The notes under the pieces are model-generated. The model was not told the origin of the DNA. It worked only from the letters and a program-made list of their open reading frames with translations, and ran no database searches. A DNA stretch of 64,000 nucleotides from Histomonas meleagridis 2922-C6/04-290x (taxonomy: Eukaryota; Protista; Parabasalia): positions 62,001 to 126,000 of the forward strand of contig JAANOX010000121.1 in assembly GCA_020184695.1 (NCBI GenBank). Reading direction: 5' to 3'. The position numbers and the translations under genes were made by a program. Numbering within the stretch: position 1 is the stretch's first letter; every line of letters starts with the position of its first letter. Shown in pieces: positions 54,532-64,000 of the stretch.

Positions 54532-56427
54532 ATGATGGCGAATTGGCCTTCAGCTCCAAACCTATGTGTCATTTTTTTATATGTCGTGCTTTGTTTGCTT
54601 GTTACTCTAAATGTGCAAGCACTTACAAGGATAGAAGGCGTCCCACCAATTACGCCAAACTCATTTCCAATTAAAGAAAATTATAAAGTCATAAATAACA
54701 CAAGATTCAATGAAGCACCAGCTAAAAATCCAGAAAGGTTTTCACTTATAAATGGGAAAAAACTTTTGTTGACTCCAGATAAATGTATTAATAGAACCAA
54801 ATACAAACTTAACTTTCTTATTCCATTTGGTTTAGATCCTCTTACACATAAAGACACAGATGAATATGTTCTTGTATTAGGAACAGGTGGTCTAGTTGGT
54901 TCTGAACTTAGAGAAGCTTTATTACGACGTGGCTATAAAGTTCTCCATGTCCTAAGTCGTCACCACCTAGACCTTCGTACACCACATTGTTTAGACATCT
55001 TTAATGCTGTTAAGATCAAATTTGCATATTTTCTCTCATACGAAGTTGGGGGTTCTAAATTCCTTCACATACCTGAATACCAAAATGTTATTCGCGAAAG
55101 CAACATACAACTCCAAAACAATGTTTTTAATTGGTTAGTTGAAAATAAGATTCGATATGTTTTCCCAGCCACATCACTAGCCAAAGAAAAGAATTTCACC
55201 TATGGCTATGTTAAAAATCTTGGAGAAAACTTTACCAAATCTATACCTGAAATTGGGCGTGTTGTACGATTTTGGAATGTATATGGGTTTGAATATGTTG
55301 GTTCTAAAAGCCATGTTGTACCTGATTTGCTTGTTCAATGCCTTACAAAAGGTCGTGCCAAACTACTTACGACTGGAAAAGAAACGTTGCAATTTGCACA
55401 TACGATTGACACAGTTGAAGCATTAATCCTAATATTAGAAAACTTTGAAAGGTCTCCATTAGTCACTGATATTACTGATGGCGTCTGGACGCCACTCCTT
55501 GATGTGATCAAAGCCATTGAAAAACTTATTCCAACGTGCGAAATACAAACGTCCTCCAAAAGTGCCAAACCACGTTTCCACATTCCGCCTAATTTTGACA
55601 CGTATTTCCACAAGAACTTATGGCATACTAAGCTATCCATTGAAGAAGGTATCAATGCCACGTTAAAGAAGACTCTTCAACATATTGAAAGGTCAAAGCG
55701 ATCACCGACACTTTCGATTATCATTGATTGTGGCGATGAAATCAATGATAATGTAATTAAATTACTTAATAATCAAGTACGAAAGTTACAAGAACTTGTT
55801 AATGAATTTATGATATTTACAATAGAAATAATCGCAACCACCAAATCAATATCATCAGATATAACATTACCAATCCGTTGTACAGTAATAGTTAACAAAG
55901 AAGATAATTATATCGATGAAGCTATAGCTTATTCACATTCTAATGCTATAATGGTTATTGATTATTATACATTACCTTCTTATGGACAATTTGATTTCTT
56001 TCATCGTGAATTAACTTCCGATTATATGATATATTATGCTGAAGGTTCATATGTTAATTCACTCGATGAAACTTCACTTAGAACTAAATCAAATCATATT
56101 GCAGATTATAAAGAAGTTAATGGCTGCGGTGGTAAATTCATTAAAACTGGTATTCCGTTATTGGCAGCATCGAGAAAGACATGGCAAACAGTCGGATTTC
56201 CGCCACGAAATACGGACATAAATCGTTGGATGCTACAACTCGAACATGGATTCACCGCAATAAAGTTCGAAGAACCCGCATGGTGCGCAAGAAATAATGA
56301 GCTGCAAAGTAAATTGGAAATGGAAAATGATGAAAAATTGGAAAATGTTTGTTGCGATGGATTAGTTGAAAGAAATAATCAGAAATCAAATTCGTTCATA
56401 TATTTGAACCAAACGTTACGTCGCTAA
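54532..56427 (+). CDS. Type II membrane protein: NAD-dependent epimerase/dehydratase (extended SDR) fused to a GT-A-like C-terminal domain
   Basis: N-terminal TM LCVIFLYVVLCLLV; VLVLGTGGLVG; YGYVK (YxxxK); RFWNVYG; C-terminal TLSIII...AIMVIDYY. Confidence 0.72.
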   Translation: MMANWPSAPNLCVIFLYVVLCLLVTLNVQALTRIEGVPPITPNSFPIKENYKVINNTRFNEAPAKNPERFSLINGKKLLLTPDKCINRTKYKLNFLIPFGLDPLTHKDTDEYVLVLGTGGLVGSELREALLRRGYKVLHVLSRHHLDLRTPHCLDIFNAVKIKFAYFLSYEVGGSKFLHIPEYQNVIRESNIQLQNNVFNWLVENKIRYVFPATSLAKEKNFTYGYVKNLGENFTKSIPEIGRVVRFWNVYGFEYVGSKSHVVPDLLVQCLTKGRAKLLTTGKETLQFAHTIDTVEALILILENFERSPLVTDITDGVWTPLLDVIKAIEKLIPTCEIQTSSKSAKPRFHIPPNFDTYFHKNLWHTKLSIEEGINATLKKTLQHIERSKRSPTLSIIIDCGDEINDNVIKLLNNQVRKLQELVNEFMIFTIEIIATTKSISSDITLPIRCTVIVNKEDNYIDEAIAYSHSNAIMVIDYYTLPSYGQFDFFHRELTSDYMIYYAEGSYVNSLDETSLRTKSNHIADYKEVNGCGGKFIKTGIPLLAASRKTWQTVGFPPRNTDINRWMLQLEHGFTAIKFEEPAWCARNNELQSKLEMENDEKLENVCCDGLVERNNQKSNSFIYLNQTLRR

Positions 56428-56685
56428 ATTTAATAAATACATTTTATAAATAAATAGAATTTCTTTTGATTTATGCCATCTTCCGCTTCGTTACATAACG
56501 CAAATTACTTTGTTTTTGTGCCAAATCATTTGCTAATAAATGTTAAGAGCATTGTGAGAATGAAAGCAATGTAACATTTGAAGAAAAGAAAATTGATAAA
56601 AAAGAGTACATTACAAAAAAGTGTCTGAGTTCGGTGTCGGTTATTGATCGTCATATCAGAGCCAAGGCCAAAGAGATTTAACAAA

Positions 56686-57333
56686 ATGAGCAAAGCAAAG
56701 CTGAGACGACAAAAAATAAAGGAAGAAACCGAAATGCTAAACAATAAGAGACAACTTATTAGAGAAGCTGAAGCATGTGAAGACCTTCTTGCTGATATTC
56801 CAATGTTTAAAAACTTTAATAAAAATGGACTCAAATGCACTGTGAAATCATATATTGCTTGCCCAGATGAATATAAAGATTGGGTTTTCAATCTTACTTC
56901 AAGACATATGAAAACATACTATGAAAACACATGGGGGTGGAGTGATAAAAATAAAAGAACAGAACTATTTGAAGAAAGCTCTCGTTATTTAATTGCAATA
57001 GATGATCAAGAAAGACCAATTGGTTTTATTCATATTCGTTTTGAATTCGAACTTAAAGAAACAACACTTTATGTTTACGAGCTCCAGATTGAAGATGAAT
57101 TTCAAAGAAAAGGCCTTGGTTTGTTCCTGATGCAAGCAGCAGAATTTATTGCTTTAAAGAAAAAGATGGAATCTGTTATGTTAACTGTGTTTAAAGAAAA
57201 TACTGGGGCTCGTGCTTTTTACAGGAAATTACATTATAAACTTCATCCTTCTTCACCTGAAATTTCTTATCCTGAGGATCCTGTTCATGATCATGAAATT
57301 CTGTTTAAACCACTTGTTAAAGCAAAGCAATAA
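56686..57333 (+). CDS. NAA40: N-alpha-acetyltransferase 40 (NatD/Nat4)
   Basis: WVFNLTSRHMKTYYE..WGWSDKNKRTEL, RYLIA, LYVYELQIE..FQRKGLG.FLM, VMLTVFKEN..A..FY and SP motif. Confidence 0.88.
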   Translation: MSKAKLRRQKIKEETEMLNNKRQLIREAEACEDLLADIPMFKNFNKNGLKCTVKSYIACPDEYKDWVFNLTSRHMKTYYENTWGWSDKNKRTELFEESSRYLIAIDDQERPIGFIHIRFEFELKETTLYVYELQIEDEFQRKGLGLFLMQAAEFIALKKKMESVMLTVFKENTGARAFYRKLHYKLHPSSPEISYPEDPVHDHEILFKPLVKAKQ

Positions 57334-57459
57334 AAAATAAATTAATTCATATTTATTTCATTACAAATCTTTTATTATAAAATATGGATAAATAACATTT
57401 AATACAAACTTATTATTTCAATATATAATATAAACATGCAATATAAATAAAATATCGAA

Positions 57460-57540
57460 GGCACGATGGCCGAGTGGTTAAGGCGTGAGATTCGAAACCT
57501 CATGGGTTTACCCGCGTCGGTTCAAATCCGGCTCGTGTCG
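57460..57540 (+). tRNA. tRNA-Ser (anticodon CGA), long variable arm
   Basis: GGCACGATGGCCGAGTGGTTAAGGCGTGAGATTCGAAACCTCATGGGTTTACCCGCGTCGGTTCAAATCCGGCTCGTGTCG; acceptor stem GGCACGA/TCGTGTC; variable arm GGG-TTTA-CCC. Confidence 0.92.
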
Positions 57541-57633
57541 ATTTTTTTATTTTTTAAAAAATTTGTTCAAAGGAAAATTCTTCTAATTTCCTTTTTTTCG
57601 TCTAAATATCAGAAATTAATAATTATTCGTTAT

Positions 57634-58068
57634 TTATTTTGTCTTGTAAGCAATGTATTCATCCAATGTTACGCGACCATCACCATTTGTATCCATTTCC
57701 TTGACTAATTGTTGTGCTTCTTCTAATGTCAAATTATTGCCGCATAACGCTTGGAACTTTTGAATTTCTTCTGCATCCAATGAACCATTTTTATTTAAAT
57801 CTATTGCATTGAAACGATGTTGAAGAATTAAAGTATCGTCGCCATCGTGAATACATTTAACATATTCTACAAACTCGTCGAACTTAAGGGCTCCATCGTG
57901 GTCATGATCATAAACAGCATATACCTCTGCTATTTCTTCATCATCGTATTCTTCACCTGCTTCATCAAGAAAGATCTTGAACTCGTTTACGTCAAGAGCT
58001 CCAGATCCATCCTTATCAAAAGCCATAAAAATATCTTTCAAATCAGTTGCATCTTCAACAGAAAGCAT
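57634..58068 (-). CDS. Calmodulin-like four-EF-hand protein
   Basis: EF loops DKDGSGALDVNE, DHDHDGALKFDE, DLNKNGSLDAEE and DTNGDGRVTLDE. Confidence 0.92.
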   Translation of the reverse strand: MLSVEDATDLKDIFMAFDKDGSGALDVNEFKIFLDEAGEEYDDEEIAEVYAVYDHDHDGALKFDEFVEYVKCIHDGDDTLILQHRFNAIDLNKNGSLDAEEIQKFQALCGNNLTLEEAQQLVKEMDTNGDGRVTLDEYIAYKTK

Positions 58069-58684
58069 GGGAAAAAGTAAAAAAAAACGCTATCAATTAT
58101 ATTCAATTTTTTGAATTAATTTTTCACATTTTCTATGAATGCAACCAATTTCTCGACTACAACTTGGGGTGACCCAAGATTCATCGATAAATTTTAGATA
58201 TTGATTTTGCTATAGAATTATTCTTGGTAAAAAGTCACTTTTTGAATGATTTATTAGAACGATCAACGAGGCTGTCCCTTGCAATCAATCACTAGTGATT
58301 CGTTCGTTCATTTCCATTATAAGCCTACGAATATAACGCACGTTTATTATATGAATGATATAATACTCAGTAAATGACATTTATTGATGTTTTAGCATTA
58401 TTTGTATGAAATTCTAAATTGCACCTAAAGACAACCACACCACTTCAAAAAGTTATATCGGCAAATATATTAGGGTACGCTGTCGTATCGAATAAACTTT
58501 TAGTATGGATGAGGTTTTTGTGTTGGCTCGTATAATTTATTCCATGTGTTATATCAAAAAGTGAGAGGCAAATTTGAAAAAGTGGCTTCCCTATCCAAGG
58601 CGTTTGAGATCATTGTAAACTTCTGAATCATCGTTTTTTGGGGCGTACCAAAAAAGTTTTTGAATGATTATTATTGAATAAATA

Positions 58685-60109
58685 ATGATCGTGTTGCAGT
58701 TTTTGTATACTTTACATAAATTCCAATTTTGGAAAATGCAATATTCAAGAAATATATATCAATTACCAGATAATGATATTTTCATTGCAAAACAACAAAT
58801 TTTATCAGAAGATTCCAATATAATTAACACTGGGATTATAAGTCTTAGAAACCTTATTGATAAGGTTCGAGATTCTAATCTAAATTCCTACACAATGGAC
58901 CTTATTGATGAAAAAGTTTACGCTCAACTTGTTACAATCGTTTGTTCGCCAATGTTTAAAATTCCAATCAAACAAAAAGTACTTGAACTTATTGCAGATA
59001 TGTGTAAAATCAAGTCTTACTCAAAATCAATTAGGGAGTTTTGGAGTCTAGGGCTTCATATACATTTACTCCAAATTCTTCAAGATAAAAATTCGCCTTT
59101 TTCTTTAACACCCATAATTACAATATTATCTAAAATCGCAAAATGGACACGTGTTTCAAGAGACAGCCTTCTTGAAAACAATTACCTTTCCATTTTATTG
59201 GCGAACCTTTCATTTCGTTCCAATTCAATCACAGATCAGTACAGCATATTAGATGGAATAAATCGATTAATCAGAATAAAAAAATTCGATTTACCGAATT
59301 ACGTTTATACAATTATTGAAGCCCTTTCACAGTTTTTGTTTTCCTTGGACTCAATTGATGAAACAATTGGCAAAGCATATGATATCTTAAATTTTTCCAT
59401 TGACAGTATGCAAAGCCTCAACATACCATTTGACATTGATTTAGTTCCACTTCTTAAGAAATCCTTTGAGATTTTGGAAGGAACACATCAGAATTCAATC
59501 GTCACTCCAATAATTTCATTCTTTTGTAACTGCATATTTCACAACGACGAAATTGCAAAACTTCTTATACAGAACGGAGTACTTGATGCGTTACATGGAA
59601 TTCTGTCGAATGAACCATCTGAGGAATTAATAATTATTTGTTTGAAAACTTGTGCAAACTGCGCTTGTATTTCGGTGGAACTGAACTCGCAAATATCACA
59701 GTCCGACTTTGCTGCCGACGCTTATGATTTGCTCAACATTGGATCTTTGAAAGTTAAAATCGAAGCGCTTTTGTTCTTCCAATATCTCCTGACTCCAAAA
59801 GCTGATTTCTTTGATCAAGATAATGCTAAGGTAATAATGGATAGGTTTCCGGATATTTTTAACACTTTCGCCGACCTTTTATTACTTGATCAAGAAATAA
59901 AAGTATTGAGTTTGGGCTGTCTTCAATCATTTTACTATTCTATAATTATTTGTAAGGAGGCAGAACAGCCATCTCCACCATTACAGGCACTGCTCCAACA
60001 AGATGTCTTCGAGCAGCTTGGCTTGCTGCAGGAATCAGAGAATGCTGACATACGGTTTTTGGCTCAGAAACTAATTGAAATCGGTACAGAATTTTCAAAG
60101 GAAAATTGA
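58685..60109 (+). CDS. Degenerate ARM-repeat (importin-alpha-like) hypothetical protein
   Basis: Helical 474 aa ORF; LKTCANCAC, GSLKVKIEALLFF, and a C-terminal EQLGLLQESENADIRFLAQKLIE like importin-alpha (LE.LQ.HEN..IY..A..IIE). Confidence 0.65.
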   Translation: MIVLQFLYTLHKFQFWKMQYSRNIYQLPDNDIFIAKQQILSEDSNIINTGIISLRNLIDKVRDSNLNSYTMDLIDEKVYAQLVTIVCSPMFKIPIKQKVLELIADMCKIKSYSKSIREFWSLGLHIHLLQILQDKNSPFSLTPIITILSKIAKWTRVSRDSLLENNYLSILLANLSFRSNSITDQYSILDGINRLIRIKKFDLPNYVYTIIEALSQFLFSLDSIDETIGKAYDILNFSIDSMQSLNIPFDIDLVPLLKKSFEILEGTHQNSIVTPIISFFCNCIFHNDEIAKLLIQNGVLDALHGILSNEPSEELIIICLKTCANCACISVELNSQISQSDFAADAYDLLNIGSLKVKIEALLFFQYLLTPKADFFDQDNAKVIMDRFPDIFNTFADLLLLDQEIKVLSLGCLQSFYYSIIICKEAEQPSPPLQALLQQDVFEQLGLLQESENADIRFLAQKLIEIGTEFSKEN

Positions 60110-60852
60110 ATAGACGAAACAACTTTTTGAGGGATGAAAATTAATTTTCTCAATTGCGTGTTTTGCATTTTAAAATAAAATTATCAATGCGCATATGATG
60201 TGAAGGCATAAGTTATTACGTATTGATATGCTTTTTTGTGTATATTTAATAATTTCGTAAATTTATATTATTTAAAGAAATTTTAATTGATTTTTGTTCA
60301 TTGAAAATTTGCACTTACGTGACCAGTTTATGTGATTCTATAATATTACGTGAATAAGTTTTGGCTGAAATATTAAAACTGTAAATCTTATCTAAATGAA
60401 TTAGATAGAAAATATTCCAAATTAAGTTAAACACTCATTAATTGCTTTTTTATCCATATAAAAGCAATTATTTTCAAATTTGAAATTTTTGTTTGTACAA
60501 ACTTTCTTATTCTTAAATGTAATTGATAGGCGCTATTACTTCATGTGGTGAACTACTATCTATAATTTGTTTGTATTGTTTTTAACAAGTTTATGATACA
60601 GATTAAATCACAATGATTTTCTAGATTAAATAAAACTTTAAAGTCTTGTTTTTCGTTCAAAAAGCCGAATATGAAGCAATTATATTTTTCTCTTGAACAT
60701 AATTTTCGTTTTTAAAAATGTTGTGGAAATAAATTGGCAAAAAACAGATCAAATTTTTTTATTAAGATTTTGCCGGGATTTTTCAGAACAAACGGCACCC
60801 CATTGAAAAAGAGACAGTATGCCGTTTATTTAAAAGCCTGAAACGCTTGACA

Positions 60853-61776
60853 ATGGAAACAAATATTCACCCAACAAGAACGAGATCCAAAGGGCCGATG
60901 AAAAAATCACAAACACAATGGACAGCTACAGATGATGAGTTACTTATTTCACTTGTTGAAAATACCCGCGATCCAATTTGGGAAAAAATATCCTTACGCT
61001 TTCCAAATAAAACTATTCAACAAGTGTCAGATAGATGGAATAAAGTTTTAAACCCAGAACTAATTAAAGGATCATGGTCCCCGGATGAAGATCAAAAAAT
61101 CATTAAATGGGTTGAAGAAAATGGCCCTAAAAATTGGTCTATATTAGCAACACAATTGCCAGGTCGTTTAGGTAAACAATGTCGTGAACGTTGGATTAAT
61201 TCATTAGATCCCGATTTATTACGAAAGCCATGGACAGAAGAAGAAGATAAAATTCTTATAGAGCATCAAAAGTTATGGGGTAATAAATGGGCCAAAATAT
61301 CCTCATTACTACCAGGTCGTACAGATAATAGTGTTAAAAACCGCTGGAACTCATCCCTAAAGCGTAAACTTGATCGGATAGCGAAAGGAGAGAATCCAGT
61401 TCAAAAGCGAGGTCGTAAACCTAAACGCCCATCTAATGCGCCAACATTAATTGAAACAGAAAATCATGTTAATGTAAGTAATAATAACAACGAACAACTT
61501 CCAAAGCCAGATTTTAACATACAAGAGCAAGAAAGCATCCCATCTCCAGAACTTCCAACATTTTCACCAATCTTAATTTCAGAATCGCCATTTAATGCAA
61601 TTTCACCTACGAAATTTAGTACATTTAGCTCGAGTTCTCCATTCAGTCTCTTGAGTCCAAACACGGGATTTCTTTTGAAAAGTCCAGAAATGTTTGCGAT
61701 TCAATCTCCGATTAAACTTAACTTAGATATGAGCGACACACAGAATCACTTCGATAATAATATTAAGAAAGATTGA
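60853..61776 (+). CDS. Three-repeat Myb (R1R2R3) transcription factor
   Basis: WTATDD...WEKIS...QVSDRW; KGSWSPDED...NWS...GRLGKQCRERW; PWTEEED...GNKWAKIS..LPGRTDNSVKNRWNS. Confidence 0.93.
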   Translation: METNIHPTRTRSKGPMKKSQTQWTATDDELLISLVENTRDPIWEKISLRFPNKTIQQVSDRWNKVLNPELIKGSWSPDEDQKIIKWVEENGPKNWSILATQLPGRLGKQCRERWINSLDPDLLRKPWTEEEDKILIEHQKLWGNKWAKISSLLPGRTDNSVKNRWNSSLKRKLDRIAKGENPVQKRGRKPKRPSNAPTLIETENHVNVSNNNNEQLPKPDFNIQEQESIPSPELPTFSPILISESPFNAISPTKFSTFSSSSPFSLLSPNTGFLLKSPEMFAIQSPIKLNLDMSDTQNHFDNNIKKD

Positions 61777-62474
61777 AAATTGCGTTTTTTGTAATGAATA
61801 AAAATGTATGTTAAAAATCAAATTTTTTTTTTTATTAGAAAAATAATATAAAAACTCCATGAAAAACTTCTACTTTCAGACAGAAGAACATATAACACAA
61901 AAGATTTTAAAGTTGCAGAGGGTATTAAAAATGAAAATCCCTTATTAGAAAGATTCTAAAAAAAAGCATTACAAATGAAATCCAATGATATTATTAATAT
62001 TTATTCAATAAACTTACACTCGTATGAAAATTAATACGTTTTATCTGTTGCTTTGATTCGAATCAAAGTTGTGTAAAAAAGCTTCTATAACACTCTTTTC
62101 AAGGTAGACAGCTTTTCACGGCGCCTTTATATTGAGTCTGTCTTTAAATAAAGTTACTTATGTACAATGTTACGAAAAATCATATCTAAAACTTAAATTA
62201 TGGAATATTTAAAAACATTTGTAAATTTACACTTCAAGAATTGCGCTAAAATTATATTATTAAAATGACAAAAGAACACTCATAAAAATCCAAGTGATAT
62301 CAATAATGAAATTCCATTTATATAAATTTTTATACAGGTTTCTCAGTCATTATATATTAATATCATTTTGGATTGTGTGTTATCGTTTTACTTCTTTTGA
62401 ACAACTTTAAGATTTATCACAAGGAAATGAAAATCATATTTAATTATCATTATATAGTGCAAAAGTTTATTTAT

Positions 62475-63521
62475 CTAAAAAGTAACGTAATTTTTAGGTA
62501 CAATGAAGCCCGATGTACAATTTCTATCTTTGAAGAAATACCAAATTTTCGGTGCCACGACAATTTTCTTAATAAAGTTATTCAAGAACGCGGCCCACCA
62601 CGAGAATGTACTGTTTGCAATTATGTTATGTTTGCAATTTTTCATAAGTTCGAAATCAAAAATTGGACTCAAAATGTCCGAATTTTCGATAAATGTATAA
62701 TTCCCGTCGAACTTTAAGTTCCTTTTAACGAAATTCATGTCATCCGAAAATATAAAATAATGCGGATTATCAACATGCTCATCCATATATTTAAGGGCTT
62801 TTTTATAATAATCTAGTGGAAGAAAGCCTAACTTACCATGATCTGTTCGACGAATGTGTACAGAAATTGAATTTGTTGATTTGATCATCTCGAGATATTT
62901 TTGATGTTGTGGTGGAAGTTCAACTCTGAGTGTAAATTCCCGTCGAAAATCATCTACATACTTGTTAAAATCATAAAATCTGAGATTTTCAAAAGAGCCA
63001 TGGAAATATTGATCAAACGGAACATTGAATTTATACAATTTAATGCCTTCAAATCTGCGGTCATAATGTTTTTCAATGTTTTGGATTTGTTCTTTGGTCG
63101 CTTGACGCCTTAAAGAAACATTAAAATTTCGTAAATGAAATTTTCTAAAAGAATATAAGCCTTTATAAGTACTTTTGAGATCAAAACAATCTCTATCTCT
63201 GCACTCTGAAAAAAATGTTTGTAGGTCAATGTAAACAGGGTATTTTATTTCTTTGCTTAATACATATGCAAATGCATATTGAAAGAATTGATTCCCAAGA
63301 CCTGATTGAATTCGAACAACTTTATAAACATTTGTGTCAAGAAGATTTTTGTTAGAATCATCGTTTGCATCAAAAATTGCAAAATTAATAGATTTCTTCT
63401 TAAACGTAATTACATATGTAATAAAAAATAGGAGAGATTGAATAAGAACAACAACACAGATTAGATTTGTCTGAATATTTTGAGTAATTTTTCTCGAAGC
63501 TAAAAGTTGCTCCTTCATCAA
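62475..63521 (-). CDS. Glycosyltransferase family 11 (alpha-1,2-fucosyltransferase-like) with N-terminal TM
   Basis: GLGNQFFQYA, SVHIRRTD, YYKKAL, FIFSDD, DFELMKNCKHNIIANSTFSWWAAFL and VVAP motifs; TM LICVVVLIQSLLFFI. Confidence 0.9.
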   Translation of the reverse strand: MMKEQLLASRKITQNIQTNLICVVVLIQSLLFFITYVITFKKKSINFAIFDANDDSNKNLLDTNVYKVVRIQSGLGNQFFQYAFAYVLSKEIKYPVYIDLQTFFSECRDRDCFDLKSTYKGLYSFRKFHLRNFNVSLRRQATKEQIQNIEKHYDRRFEGIKLYKFNVPFDQYFHGSFENLRFYDFNKYVDDFRREFTLRVELPPQHQKYLEMIKSTNSISVHIRRTDHGKLGFLPLDYYKKALKYMDEHVDNPHYFIFSDDMNFVKRNLKFDGNYTFIENSDILSPIFDFELMKNCKHNIIANSTFSWWAAFLNNFIKKIVVAPKIWYFFKDRNCTSGFIVPKNYVTF

Positions 63522-64000
63522 GTTTTTCCCGCACGACCAAATTCTGTTGGAATTGAAAAAATGAAAATTTTAAACAATGCCAAATCATTTTTACTCAAAA
63601 TGAAATTGGCAAAGAAAAAAACTAATTAAAATTTAAAAAAAAAAAAAATCAGGTTTTCTTTCAAAACTATCTATTTTTAACCTGTGTTTGGTTATTTTAT
63701 ATCATTTTTTAGACATATAAATTTACAAATTCTAAATCAAAACATAATATATCAATCAACAAAATACAATGAGTGGTCTTGAGCATGAGAATAGTACACC
63801 ACATAACACTAACGAAGGAATAAAGTACAAATATTTGGAAGAACTTTGGTATGAGCATATTCAAATGATTATTCGAAAATAATTAAATACATATTATTTT
63901 TATATTAAAGAAATCTATTTTCGTTATGTATATCATAAGTAGATAATGCATAATCATCAATCCCACAGAATGCTGGAATTGGGAAAGGCCATATGTACCA

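Noticed and set aside
58286-58300. 14-nt perfect palindrome AATCACTAGTGATT in intergenic DNA
   Set aside because: Single occurrence with no associated structure; plausible by chance in 64 kb of AT-rich sequence.
63769-63882. 37-codon ORF MSGLEHENSTPH...
   Set aside because: Too short, with no homology recognisable near the window edge.

Overview
AT-rich eukaryotic DNA with compact, intron-poor genes and a standard genetic code. The gene families present (DUF3447-ankyrin, 3R-Myb, a DD34D mariner, an ML-S-x-R hydrogenosomal-type presequence) point to a parabasalid such as Tritrichomonas or Trichomonas; this is inference. The window holds about 30 ordinary genes (ChAP-like, SYS1, DIM1, PRIM2, NPL4, LST8, TUP1, GET4, ULK4, IPI3, NAA40 and others), two tRNAs (Gln-CTG, Ser-CGA) and a decayed mariner. 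The outstanding feature is four 'interrupted ankyrin' loci: A 18859-22179 (-), B 22321-26720 (+), C 31820-35843 (-) and D 40720-43971 (-). In each, an ATG-bearing head is followed by 12-19 ankyrin cassettes of about 30 codons, 66 in total, all stop-free when read by eye. Every cassette is separated at the same point of the beta-hairpin by an AT-rich spacer, usually 80 nt, that breaks the frame, lacks conserved GT-AG ends and often contains stops. The period is exactly 170 nt in 46 of 62 intervals, and three arrays end in a divergent capping repeat with a true stop. These loci look like complete ankyrin genes that need an unknown splicing, bypass, excision or cassette-assembly step to be expressed. 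All cassette readings and counts were done by eye.
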